Shown: one piece after another, positions 26,032 through 34,779 of the stretch
How the letters are laid out: each line of letters begins with the position of its first letter
Position numbering within the stretch: position 1 is the first letter of the stretch
Source of the DNA: Gammaproteobacteria bacterium
GTDB lineage: Bacteria > Pseudomonadota > Gammaproteobacteria > Steroidobacterales > Rariloculaceae
Direction of reading: 5' to 3'
Assembly (NCBI GenBank): GCA_022820625.1
Contig: JAJEFE010000077.1
Coordinates: 96,126-160,125, forward strand
DNA: 64,000 nt
The notes under the pieces: generated by a model
The model's input: the letters and a program-made list of their open reading frames with translations, nothing else
Told to the model about the DNA's origin: nothing
The model's database searches: none
Position numbers and translations under genes: made by a program

Positions 26032-26769
26032 TCAGGGTAGTTCGTAGCCCGCTGCGGCGATTGTCCGCCGCGCTTCGGGCGACCGCAGAAAACCGACGAA
26101 TTCCTGGGCTGCCGGGTTGTCCCGACTCCGCATCAGCAGCATTGCGTCTTGCCGTATCGGCTCGTGATGTTGCGCCGGAACAGTCACATAGGCAGCCCCG
26201 GACGGGTAGGCGAGGGCTGCGGAAAGCGCGATCAGGCCCAGTTCCGCGTTGCGGGTTTCCACCATCGCGAATGCCTGTCCGACATTCTCGCCCAGCACGA
26301 CCCTCGGCTGCATTGATTCCCACAGTCCCATCGCCTCGAGTGTTTCCCTGGCGGCGACGCCATAGGGGGCGAGCTGCGGGTTGGCGATGGCGAGGCGGCG
26401 GAAAGTGGCGCCGGCCAATGCGTCGACGGTCAGGTTTGCAGAGAATTCCTCGTGCCGGGTCCACAGCGCCAGGCGCCCGAGCGCGTAGGTGAATGGAACG
26501 TCGCCCAGGCCCTTTTCGGCCAGTTGACGTGGCCGCTCCGCGTCCGCGGCAAGGAAGAGATCATAGGGTGCGCCATTGATGATCTGCGCATACAACTGGC
26601 CGGTAGAGCCATGGACTACCGTCAGTTCGTGGATTCCGTACTCCTCGAACAGAGTCTTCAGATCGCCCATGGGCCCGGCAAAGTTTGCGGCTACCGCCAC
26701 GGTGGCCTGTTCGGCGTTGACGCCCGATACGAGACACAGTGCGAGCAGTGCGGATACCGGACTCTTCAT
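26032..26769 (-). CDS. modA: Molybdate ABC transporter substrate-binding protein; no modBC adjacent
   Basis: Signal peptide. TVAVAANFAGPM..., GSTGQLYAQIINGAPYDLFLAAD and APYG are typical of ModA. Confidence 0.8.
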   Translation of the reverse strand: MKSPVSALLALCLVSGVNAEQATVAVAANFAGPMGDLKTLFEEYGIHELTVVHGSTGQLYAQIINGAPYDLFLAADAERPRQLAEKGLGDVPFTYALGRLALWTRHEEFSANLTVDALAGATFRRLAIANPQLAPYGVAARETLEAMGLWESMQPRVVLGENVGQAFAMVETRNAELGLIALSAALAYPSGAAYVTVPAQHHEPIRQDAMLLMRSRDNPAAQEFVGFLRSPEARRTIAAAGYELP

Positions 26770-26802
26770 GAGAATTCACGGCCGGACCGGCAACAGAGCA
26801 AC

Positions 26803-27147
26803 TTATTGTCGGTCGTTGATCGCATTTTCGAGCGCCTCAACACAGTACGTATTCAGGCTTTTGCCCTGTTTTGCCGATTCCAACGCCAGTCGCTCGTGAA
26901 GAGGCCGCCCTAGCCGAAGATTGAATTTCCCCGAATATTTCTTCCCGGCGAAACCTGGAGGCAGGGTTTCGTTATTCGCTTCTGAAGTTTCCACCCAATG
27001 GTCAATAGCGTCGCAAAGCTCGGCGAAGACCCTTTGTTCCCTTGTGCCGTGAACGCCGCCAAACATGAGTTCCGGACACCTGCCGACGAAGCAGCGGTCT
27101 TCCTCCGACCATTCCACGATCTTCAAGTATCTGTCCGATTTTCTCAT
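26803..27147 (-). CDS. HicB-family antitoxin-like protein (HicB-like domain plus C-terminal ribbon-helix-helix); solitary
   Basis: YLKIVEWSEEDRCFVGRCPELMFGGVHG (HicB-like fold), then YSGKFNLRLGRPLHERLALESAKQGKSLNTYCVEAL (RHH). Only about 133 nt lie upstream and no hicA-sized ORF is present. Confidence 0.7.
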   Translation of the reverse strand: MRKSDRYLKIVEWSEEDRCFVGRCPELMFGGVHGTREQRVFAELCDAIDHWVETSEANNETLPPGFAGKKYSGKFNLRLGRPLHERLALESAKQGKSLNTYCVEALENAINDRQ

Positions 27148-27280
27148 TCCGACACCTTCGGAACAGGGCAAATTTGACGCTTGTTGCGGGCCGGTCGGCG
27201 GCACACGGAAACGAATCGTTCAGGCACTATCGGCTCCGTGGCCACACCAGCACGGAGACGGTGGCGTTTTCGAGGTGTCG

Positions 27281-29392
27281 CTACTTCGCCAGCGGATCCG
27301 GACGCACCTGGAAGTGAACGACCAGAGGCCGCGATCCCTGGCCACCTTCCATCAGCCACGGCGTTCGGTCGCCGCTGGGGACCCACAGACCCCGGCCCTT
27401 CCAGCCGGCGTCGGGATCGTCGATGCGGCCCTCGAAGCCCTTGCTGTAAAAGCCCAGGGGATAGGGGATGCGCATGGTAACGAATTCCCCGTCCACGAGG
27501 GCATGCACGCCGTCGTACAGGTTTGCCGTGGCAATGGGGGTGTTCTCTCCAAGTCCCGACGAATTGTGCTGGTCGACCCAGGTGTAGTAGCTGGACTCGA
27601 TGCTGTACTCCGGCAACTCGGGAAAGCCCGGGCCGGGGAGGCGGTGGAAGGTCCAGCCCTCGGGGCAGTGATCGCCCGTGGCCGTGGGGCCGTTGAGCGG
27701 ACCCTCGCACTTGTCGCGGTTGAACTCGCCCAGGTGGCCGCTGCCGAGCGAGACCCAGATCACGCCGCTGCGGTCGATGTCCGCGCCGCGGGATGAGAAC
27801 CCCGGCAGCGGGATGTTGTAGCGCTCCGCCAGTGCCGTGAAAGGCGGATTGTCGCCCGGGTCAAGCCGCATGATCGCGCCCGGGAAGGTGAAGCTCCATG
27901 AACCCCAGACCGTGCGGCCGTCCGCCGGGTTGGGCATGACCGCATAGAATCGCGCCGGCACACGGGTATCCAGTTCCGGATCCATGGGCTCGCCCGGTTC
28001 GACCCACTCGTCCTGTTGGCCGTTGCCGTTGGTATCCAGGATCGCCGGCGCCCACCCCTGGGAGGCCACGTAGTCGCCGGTCTCGTCGAACATGTTGGTG
28101 TTCAGCCAGCCCACGACATCGCCGCCGCCGCTGGTCCAGAGGGTGTTGTCCTCGTCATACGCGAACTGCAGGTGATGGGTTCCGAAGCAGGTCTCGATGG
28201 GTGTGTATTCCCCGGTCTCCTGATCGTAGAGAGCCAGATGGCGGTTGACGCGCGCGGTGGGGAAGTGCTGCGCCGACGGATGGTCGGAGCCTTCACGGCA
28301 GAAATCCGCCGTTTGGGGCCGGCGGACGCGCGCCGTGTACCAGACTCGCCCGTGCTCGTCCAGCATGGGATTGTGGGCGTTGGCCTGGCTGTCCCAGATC
28401 CGTTCCTCGCCCCAGTAGGCCGAGGGCATACCGATGGGATCGCTGTTGGTGGTGGGCGTTTCCGGATCGAGCACCAGCGCACGGAAGGTCGTGTCGGTGT
28501 TGTTGACCGGGTCGAGAATCGGAAAGTTGTCGGTGCTCAACTCGGGCGCCCCGAAGATCTTTCCATAGCCGTTGACCGTCGGATCCCGCCGATCGGTGGT
28601 CGAGAGGTCGTGAAGGTAGGACTTCGGATCGGCCCAGTCCCTCACGGTTGCGACCACATTGCGCTCGACACCCTGGGGACGTTCGGGTATCCAGGAGGGC
28701 GTTTCGCCGGCGGCAACGCGGTCGGTCCAGTCGGCCAGGTACTTGAACGGCACGCCGGCGAGCCGGGAGGCCAGCGGTTCGATCATCTGCCTGGCGGCTT
28801 GTCCGGCCTGAACACGGCGAATCCAGCGCTCCTCGGATGACTCGATGTGCATGAATTCCTCGGGGAAGGTCCGCGTGGACAACTGGCCCAACTGATGGCA
28901 GCCTACGCAGGATTGATTCTTCATGGTGCCGAGGTATTCGTTCAGACCGCCGGGCAGGTGCGCCACTTCGCTTTCGTCGGGCAGGTGCATCATGGAGTAC
29001 CAGGCAATGGCCGGATACACTTCGGCGGCTTCCGCGGCGTCGGCGGCCGGTCGGGCGGTCAGGTCCACAGCATCGCCGGGGCGCGCACCGACCTTGTCCG
29101 AATCCGCCAGCCCGTAGCCCCGCACCCAGACTTGGTAGTCCGCATCGGGAAGATCCGGCACCACATAGCGGCCGTCGTCGTCAGTCACGACGATCCGGGC
29201 GAACCGCGTCTGGAAGTCATCGGTTTCGGCTATGACCCAGACACCGGCTTCGGGCCCGTTCTCGCTCGTGACGATGCCGCCGATATCGTCGGCGTCGATC
29301 GCCACTTCCTGCCCTTGACCGTTGGCGCTCCAGAATGCTGCGGCTGACATGGCGGTGACCCAAAGTCGCCTGGATGTGCTCATTGTCCCCAT
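27281..29392 (-). CDS. Large exported protein: carboxypeptidase-regulatory-like N-domain, single CXXCH haem motif, beta-propeller-like body
   Basis: Signal peptide MSTSRRLWVTAMSAAAFWSANG. VWVIAETDDFQTRFARIVVTDDDGRYVVPDLPDADYQVWVRGYG (CarboxypepD_reg-like). NQSCVGCHQLG. AAGGAG sits 6 nt before ATG 29392; the alternative GTG 29410 abuts the G10 tract. Confidence 0.7.
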   Translation of the reverse strand: MGTMSTSRRLWVTAMSAAAFWSANGQGQEVAIDADDIGGIVTSENGPEAGVWVIAETDDFQTRFARIVVTDDDGRYVVPDLPDADYQVWVRGYGLADSDKVGARPGDAVDLTARPAADAAEAAEVYPAIAWYSMMHLPDESEVAHLPGGLNEYLGTMKNQSCVGCHQLGQLSTRTFPEEFMHIESSEERWIRRVQAGQAARQMIEPLASRLAGVPFKYLADWTDRVAAGETPSWIPERPQGVERNVVATVRDWADPKSYLHDLSTTDRRDPTVNGYGKIFGAPELSTDNFPILDPVNNTDTTFRALVLDPETPTTNSDPIGMPSAYWGEERIWDSQANAHNPMLDEHGRVWYTARVRRPQTADFCREGSDHPSAQHFPTARVNRHLALYDQETGEYTPIETCFGTHHLQFAYDEDNTLWTSGGGDVVGWLNTNMFDETGDYVASQGWAPAILDTNGNGQQDEWVEPGEPMDPELDTRVPARFYAVMPNPADGRTVWGSWSFTFPGAIMRLDPGDNPPFTALAERYNIPLPGFSSRGADIDRSGVIWVSLGSGHLGEFNRDKCEGPLNGPTATGDHCPEGWTFHRLPGPGFPELPEYSIESSYYTWVDQHNSSGLGENTPIATANLYDGVHALVDGEFVTMRIPYPLGFYSKGFEGRIDDPDAGWKGRGLWVPSGDRTPWLMEGGQGSRPLVVHFQVRPDPLAK

Positions 29393-29409
29393 ACCTTTCT
29401 CCTTGCGCA

Positions 29410-29419
29410 CCCCCCCCCC
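29410..29419. repeat. Homopolymeric C10 (G10 on the coding strand), immediately 5' of the RBS/start of the 27281-29392 gene
   Basis: Read directly: gcgcaCCCCCCCCCCaataat. Confidence 0.95.
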
Positions 29420-29489
29420 AATAATCGGTTTGATGCTCGAGACTTGCGGTTCGTTTATTTGCCGATCCGAATCGTTGTGTCCGTATTCT

Positions 29490-30554
29490 TTACGTCTCGA
29501 TACGCAGCAACTCCATCAGGTTACCGCCGACGATGGCGATTTTCTCTTCGTCGCTCAGGTAGGACGCCTCCAGGATCAGGTCCAGCGTATCCGGCCAGTT
29601 GAAGGGCACGTCCGTGCCGTAGACGATCTGGCCGGCGCCCATCTCCGCCACCAGGTGCCGCAGGCCCTCGTGCGAGAACACCATGCTGTCCGCGAATACC
29701 TGATCCCTGAGGTACTCGCTGGGCAGCCGCGTGCTCGCGCAGTCCGCGTTGCCGCGCACCTCGCAGGCCACTTCGAACCGCATCAGGTAGGACGGCAGGT
29801 AGCCACCGCCGTGCGCTCCAACCACCTTGAGCCCCGGGAACCTGTCCAGCGTGCCGTCGAACATCAATCGTGCCAGGAAATGGGCGGTCTCCAGGGGATT
29901 GCCGATGATGTTGCCGAGGTCGCCGCGGCCGTCGAATGCGCCTTCGCGGATCAGGTTGGCGGCGTTTCCGGGGTGCATGAACACCGGCGCACCCAGTTCT
30001 TCCGCCTTGGCCCAGAACGGGTCGAACCTGGGATCGGAAAGGTTCTCTCCGTTGCAGGACCCGCCCACCGAGGCGCCCCTGTGACCGAGTTCGTTCACGG
30101 CGTATTCCAACTGTTCCGCTGCTAGGTCCGGGAACTGCAGGGCGGGCGAAGTCAGGGCGACGAACCGGTCGGGATGTTCCTCCACCCACGCCCCCAGGCC
30201 TTCATCGTGGATCCTGACGATTTCCGCCGCCAGATCCCGGTCGGCTCCATACCACCAATACCGGTTGATGCTCAGAGCCTGGTAGTCGATGCCACGTTCG
30301 TTCATGACCTCCAGGCGATCGGGTCCGAGGGCCTGCCAGGCGGCAAAGCCCACATCCGCGAATTCGGTTTCCTGCAATGCTTCCGCGACCTCGGGAAAGA
30401 CACAGTGCGCGTGAATGTCCACGGTGGTAGCCCGCTGGGAGCCGACGTGGATCTCGCGCCGCGCGGTTTGAGCGAGAGAACGTGCAATGGGCGAGAGGAA
30501 AATGGCGCCGGCCGCCCCACTTGCTGCCTTCAGGAAGTCTCTGCGATCTGCCAT
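29490..30554 (-). CDS. Tat-signal amidohydrolase_2 (ACMSD/decarboxylase-like) family protein
   Basis: AGGAG RBS. MADRRDFLKAASGAAGAIFL twin-arginine signal. TVDIHAHCVFPE metal motif. The 527-aa ORF-track version extends antisense into the regulator gene and was trimmed to ATG 30554. Confidence 0.8.
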   Translation of the reverse strand: MADRRDFLKAASGAAGAIFLSPIARSLAQTARREIHVGSQRATTVDIHAHCVFPEVAEALQETEFADVGFAAWQALGPDRLEVMNERGIDYQALSINRYWWYGADRDLAAEIVRIHDEGLGAWVEEHPDRFVALTSPALQFPDLAAEQLEYAVNELGHRGASVGGSCNGENLSDPRFDPFWAKAEELGAPVFMHPGNAANLIREGAFDGRGDLGNIIGNPLETAHFLARLMFDGTLDRFPGLKVVGAHGGGYLPSYLMRFEVACEVRGNADCASTRLPSEYLRDQVFADSMVFSHEGLRHLVAEMGAGQIVYGTDVPFNWPDTLDLILEASYLSDEEKIAIVGGNLMELLRIET

Positions 30555-30806
30555 GGTGAACTCCTTTCTGGATTTTTTGCGAACAACGGTTTCCGAGCGC
30601 GGCCACCGCAATTCTTGTTCGTATTCGGTCGTACGAAATGAAGTATACAGCCTCGAATGCCATCGAGAGCACGCTGCGGCAGGTCGCAGGGCAAACTTAA
30701 CTTCCTGTAATGTCTTGGGGTTTCGCTGGCGCGGCCACACCGTTTTCTCTAGTGTCTGGAGATGTTGGCCGGACGGCCCGGCGCCCGTTGAATCCGGAGA
30801 GCGGGA

Positions 30807-31484
30807 ATGCGTATCCTGGTAGTCGAAGACGATTCGACCATGGCTCAACACATCGTGCGCGGTCTCACCGAGGCCGGCCATGACGTCGATCACGTCGGCG
30901 ATGGCCGCGATATGCTGCGGGCCGCGGCCGACGATTCGCTCGACATGTTCGTCGTGGATCGCATGTTGCCGGGCATGGACGGGCTGAGCGCCATTCAGGC
31001 GGTCCGTGCCGCCGGAAACCAGACGCCCGTGTTGATCCTGAGCGCCCTGGGCGACGTGGACGATCGCGTTCACGGATTAAGGGCGGGTGGAGACGACTAC
31101 CTGGTCAAACCGTTTGCGTTCTCCGAGCTGGTCGCCCGGATAGAGGCGCTGGCACGGCGAGCAACGAGCCGCGAGATCAACACTTCGCTGCAGGTGGGTG
31201 GACTGTACATAGACCTACTGGCCAGACAGGTCTTTCGCGAGGAAATCGAGATCGATCTCAAGCCCCGGGAATTTCAGCTTCTCGAGTACCTGATGCGCAA
31301 CGCGGGCCACGTGGTTACCCGCGCCATGCTTCTGGAGGCCGTCTGGCACTATCACTTCGACCCCCAGACCAACGTGATCGACGTCCACATCAGCCGGTTG
31401 CGCCAGAAGATCGACAAGGGATTCGAGCAGCCGTTGATTCACACGGTACGCGGAATCGGATATGTACTGGGTGCGTCAGAATAA
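30807..31484 (+). CDS. OmpR-family response regulator
   Basis: MRILVVEDD...DMFVVDRMLPGMDG receiver domain. C-terminal winged helix (LKPREFQLLEYLMRNAGHVVTR...IHTVRGIGYVL). Confidence 0.9.
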   Translation: MRILVVEDDSTMAQHIVRGLTEAGHDVDHVGDGRDMLRAAADDSLDMFVVDRMLPGMDGLSAIQAVRAAGNQTPVLILSALGDVDDRVHGLRAGGDDYLVKPFAFSELVARIEALARRATSREINTSLQVGGLYIDLLARQVFREEIEIDLKPREFQLLEYLMRNAGHVVTRAMLLEAVWHYHFDPQTNVIDVHISRLRQKIDKGFEQPLIHTVRGIGYVLGASE

Positions 31485-32883
31485 CGTCTGGCGCAGCACC
31501 ACCTTCCACCTGGGCCTCCTGTTCATGGTGTTGTTTTCGGCGTCGTTCCTGGTTCTCGGCGGATTCATTTACCGCCAGACGCTGGTTTTCATGGAACAGG
31601 AAGTACAGGCCCTGATCCAGCTTGAACTGAATCGATCCCGGCAGTTCTACCTGGAGCGCGGCGAAGAATCCTTTCTCGGTGAAATCGACGAGCAGGCGGA
31701 GATAGACCCGGCCGGCATCTACATCATTCTCGACGACGCCTGTCAGGGCCTGTTCGGTGGGTACCAGCGGCTGGACGAGGATGAATCGATCCAGGATATT
31801 TGCACCAGTGCTTCCGACACGGACGGATGGGTGCAGTTCGAACTGCAGATCCCGCGCGGTTTTCGTGCCGAAATTCCCGAATGGGATGACAACGTATACG
31901 CGCGAATTATCCCTATCGCCCCCAACCGTCAACTTCTGTATGGCCGAATGGGCGGAATAATCGATTCGATGCGCCAGGTGATCGGAGAGGCCATGGCGTG
32001 GGGAGTGGCCGCCATGGCGGTCCTTGCCGTGATGGGCAGCTACCTGATGGCGGTCAGCATCGCCGGGCGGCTCGAGCAGATCAACCGAATCAGCCAGGAC
32101 ATTCGCCACGGGGATCTGTCGCGGCGCATGCCCCAGGGCCACGGCCGCGACGAGTTCGATCGCCTGGCCGGCAATCTGAACCGCATGCTGGATCAGATCC
32201 AGTCCCTGATGGAGGGCGTGCGTACGGTATCGGACGCCATCGCCCATGATCTTCGGACGCCGCTGGCGCGGTTGCGTACCCGGTTGGAACGGCTGCGCGA
32301 AGCCCAGCCGGGCGAACTGGAAGAGGACGTGGAACAGTCCATTGCAGAGGCCGACAGCATGCTAGCCACGTTCAATGCACTGCTGCACATCGCCCAGCTC
32401 GAGGCCGGCAGCCGTCGAAGCGATTTTGGCAAAGTGGACATGCGGGCGTTGTTGGTTGACATTGCCGAGTTGTACGAACCCGTTGCGAGCGACGGAAATG
32501 TCGACCTGCGGCTGGGACTCAACGTCGCGGTGCATGTGAACGGCGACCGCAATCTGCTTTTTCAGGCGATATGCAACCTGGTTGACAATGCCGTCAAGTA
32601 CACACCGAGGGGAGGGCGGGTACAGCTTGAACTGCACCGGCGCGCCCAGGTTTCACGACTGGTGGTAGCCGACACGGGCCCCGGTATTCCAGCAGAAGAA
32701 CGCAGCCGTGTGTTCGAGCGCTTCTATCGGCTAGATGCTCATCGGGAGTCGGAGGGCAACGGGCTTGGATTGAGTCTCGTGGCTGCGGTGGCAAAGCTCC
32801 ACGATTCAAAGGTGGAGTTGCAGGATAACCAACCCGGGCTCCGGGTGATCTGGGATCTGCCGCGTTCCAGGAATCGTTCATGA
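31462..32883 (+). CDS. Sensor histidine kinase (two TM, HAMP, HisKA, HATPase_c)
   Basis: AHDLRTPLARL H-box. NLVDNAVKYTP N-box. DTGPGI and GNGLGLSLV G-boxes. Overlaps the regulator gene by 23 nt. Confidence 0.9.
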   Translation: MYWVRQNNVWRSTTFHLGLLFMVLFSASFLVLGGFIYRQTLVFMEQEVQALIQLELNRSRQFYLERGEESFLGEIDEQAEIDPAGIYIILDDACQGLFGGYQRLDEDESIQDICTSASDTDGWVQFELQIPRGFRAEIPEWDDNVYARIIPIAPNRQLLYGRMGGIIDSMRQVIGEAMAWGVAAMAVLAVMGSYLMAVSIAGRLEQINRISQDIRHGDLSRRMPQGHGRDEFDRLAGNLNRMLDQIQSLMEGVRTVSDAIAHDLRTPLARLRTRLERLREAQPGELEEDVEQSIAEADSMLATFNALLHIAQLEAGSRRSDFGKVDMRALLVDIAELYEPVASDGNVDLRLGLNVAVHVNGDRNLLFQAICNLVDNAVKYTPRGGRVQLELHRRAQVSRLVVADTGPGIPAEERSRVFERFYRLDAHRESEGNGLGLSLVAAVAKLHDSKVELQDNQPGLRVIWDLPRSRNRS

Positions 32884-32961
32884 ATCAAAATTAAAATTCG
32901 TGGGACTGGAATTCGGGCTAGACTCCGGTCTCGGTTGTTTGACGACAAGGGGATGACGCAG

Positions 32962-33597
32962 ATGAGAAGAACAATCCACGTTCTGGCAGCGGTGTTTCTG
33001 GCGCTTGCGGGTACTCATGGGGCGCTGGCGCAGGACATGACTTTCTTCATTACCAGCGTGGGACTCGGTAACGGCGGCGATCTGGGTGGCCTTGAAGGAG
33101 CGGACGCCCACTGTCAGGCGCTGGCCGAATCCGCCGGTGCGGGCGACAACACCTGGCGCGCCTACCTGGGTACGGAACGGGAAGGCGGCCGCGGCATCGA
33201 CGCGCGCAGCCGTATCGGTGAGGGTCCCTGGCACAATGCCAACGGCGACCTGATCGCGGAGAACCTGGACCAGTTGCACGTCAGCCCCAACATGTTCGCC
33301 AGCACCGGACTCGACGAGAATGGTAACCGTGTCAATGCGCGCGGCGACCAGCCGAACAGGCACGATATCCTCACAGGGTCCATGGCCGACGGGACCGCCT
33401 ACTTCCCCGATGATGCGGACCACACCTGCAACAACTGGACCAGCAGCAGCGAAGGCAGCGCCCAGGTGGGGCATCACGACCGGCATGGCGGCGGCAACAC
33501 GTCCTGGAATTCGGCGCACGCCTCCAGGAGTTGCTCCCAGGAGGATCTGCAGGCCACCGGTGGAGACGGGCTGTTCTACTGTTTCGCGGCCGAATAG
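32962..33597 (+). CDS. Exported Cys-containing hypothetical protein (possibly DUF1554 / C-type-lectin-fold-like)
   Basis: Signal peptide MRRTIHVLAAVFLALAGTHGALAQ. MTFFITSVGLGNGGDLGGLEGADAHCQALA resembles my recollection of DUF1554. The family call is tentative. Confidence 0.6.
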   Translation: MRRTIHVLAAVFLALAGTHGALAQDMTFFITSVGLGNGGDLGGLEGADAHCQALAESAGAGDNTWRAYLGTEREGGRGIDARSRIGEGPWHNANGDLIAENLDQLHVSPNMFASTGLDENGNRVNARGDQPNRHDILTGSMADGTAYFPDDADHTCNNWTSSSEGSAQVGHHDRHGGGNTSWNSAHASRSCSQEDLQATGGDGLFYCFAAE

Positions 33598-33667
33598 CCT
33601 TCGCGGCCGACGGGCGTTCGCAGCCGATCGGAGTTCGCGGTTAAACAGCGTTCGTGGCCGACCAGCG
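33583..33667. repeat. Five phased imperfect tandem copies of a 17-bp unit (core TTCGYRGYYGA)
   Basis: ttcgcggccgaatagcc / ttcgcggccgacgggcg / ttcgcagccgatcggag / ttcgcggttaaacagcg / ttcgtggccgaccagcg. Unit 1 contains the stop codon of the 32962 gene; the rest fills the convergent spacer. Confidence 0.9.
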
Positions 33668-33683
33668 CCCGGGTCTGCATGGA

Positions 33684-34658
33684 TCAGGTGAACCTGTTCC
33701 GGTCATGCGGGGCCGCGTAGTCTATTTCGGGACCGCTCGGCACGATGCGCGTGGGATTGATCGATTCATGACTGCCGTAGTAATGCGCCTTGATGTGATC
33801 CAGGCGCACGGTTTCGGCGATGCCCGGCTGCTGATACAGATCCCGCGTGTAGGCGGACAGATTGGGGTAGTCCGCGATTCGTTTCAGGTTGCACTTGAAG
33901 TGCCCGACGTAGACGGGATCGAAACGGAACAGCGTCGTCACCAGGCGCCAGTCTGCTTCGGTGATCGCGCTGCCCGTGAGGTAACGCTGTTCTGAAAGGC
34001 GGTCCTCCAGCCAATCGAGCGATTCGAACAGGGGTCCCACGGCCTCTTCGTAAGCTTCCTGTGTGGTGGCGAATCCGGATCGGTAAACGCCGTTGTTGAC
34101 GGTGTGGTAGACGCGCTCGTTGATCGTGTCGATCTCCTCGCGCAGTGCCTCGGGATAGTAATCGCCAGGCGCGGCACCGACGCCGTCGAATGCGCTGTTG
34201 AACATGCGGATGATCTCCGAGGACTCGTTGGATACGATGGTCCCCCGACGCTTGTCCCACAACACCGGTACGGTGACCCGCCCCGTGTAGTCGCTCTTGG
34301 CCGCGGTATAGACCTGGTGCATGAACTGCGCCTGGTTCACCGTATCCGGTATCTCGGCATCCTTGAACGTCCAGCCGGACTCACCCATGAACCAGTGAAC
34401 GGCGGACAGCGAAATCATGTCTTCCAGCCCCTTGATCGCGCGGAAGATGAGCGTCCGGTGAGCCCACGGGCATGCATGGGACACGTACAGGTGATAGCGT
34501 CCTGCCTCGGCCTTGAAGCCTCCCGTACCGCTGGGGCCGGGCGAACCGTCGGCAGTCACCCAGTTTCTGTATTGCGATTCCTTGCGGACGAATCGCCCCC
34601 TGGAGATTCGTGTGTCGTGCCAGCGGTCCTGCCACTGCCCGTCGACCAGAAGTCCCAT
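33684..34658 (-). CDS. Xi-class glutathione S-transferase (glutathionyl-hydroquinone reductase, YqjG/ECM4-like)
   Basis: GRYHLYVSHACPWAHRTLIFR (CPWA active site). GGAG RBS before ATG 34658. Confidence 0.85.
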   Translation of the reverse strand: MGLLVDGQWQDRWHDTRISRGRFVRKESQYRNWVTADGSPGPSGTGGFKAEAGRYHLYVSHACPWAHRTLIFRAIKGLEDMISLSAVHWFMGESGWTFKDAEIPDTVNQAQFMHQVYTAAKSDYTGRVTVPVLWDKRRGTIVSNESSEIIRMFNSAFDGVGAAPGDYYPEALREEIDTINERVYHTVNNGVYRSGFATTQEAYEEAVGPLFESLDWLEDRLSEQRYLTGSAITEADWRLVTTLFRFDPVYVGHFKCNLKRIADYPNLSAYTRDLYQQPGIAETVRLDHIKAHYYGSHESINPTRIVPSGPEIDYAAPHDRNRFT

Positions 34659-34779
34659 TTCTACTCCACGCCGCCCGTCGTATGCTGCCGGCCATGATAG
34701 CGGCCTCGTCGGCGCTGGCAACTCAGGCTGTACAATGAGGCAGGAAATTCATTGGCCGCATCGCCGCAGGAGAAAAACG

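Noticed and set aside
26803-27280. A complete HicAB toxin-antitoxin module.
   Set aside because: Only the HicB-like gene is present and no HicA-sized ORF lies in either flank, so I did not call a TA system.
29490-31073. The 527-aa version of the amidohydrolase_2 ORF, and long upstream extensions of several others: 1474 for cytochrome c, 1934 for amidohydrolase, 22115 for DctP, 34513 for FMN dehydrogenase, 39085 for PQQ-DH, 50992 for rpsF, 60634 for DctM.
   Set aside because: The extensions overlap neighbouring genes or intergenic DNA, lack homology-like sequence, and internal starts with good RBS or ATGA/TGATG coupling give proper signal peptides or canonical N-termini.
33583-33667. Possible CRISPR array.
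   Set aside because: The units are 17 bp and directly abutting with no unique spacers. There are only five degenerate copies and no cas genes in the window.
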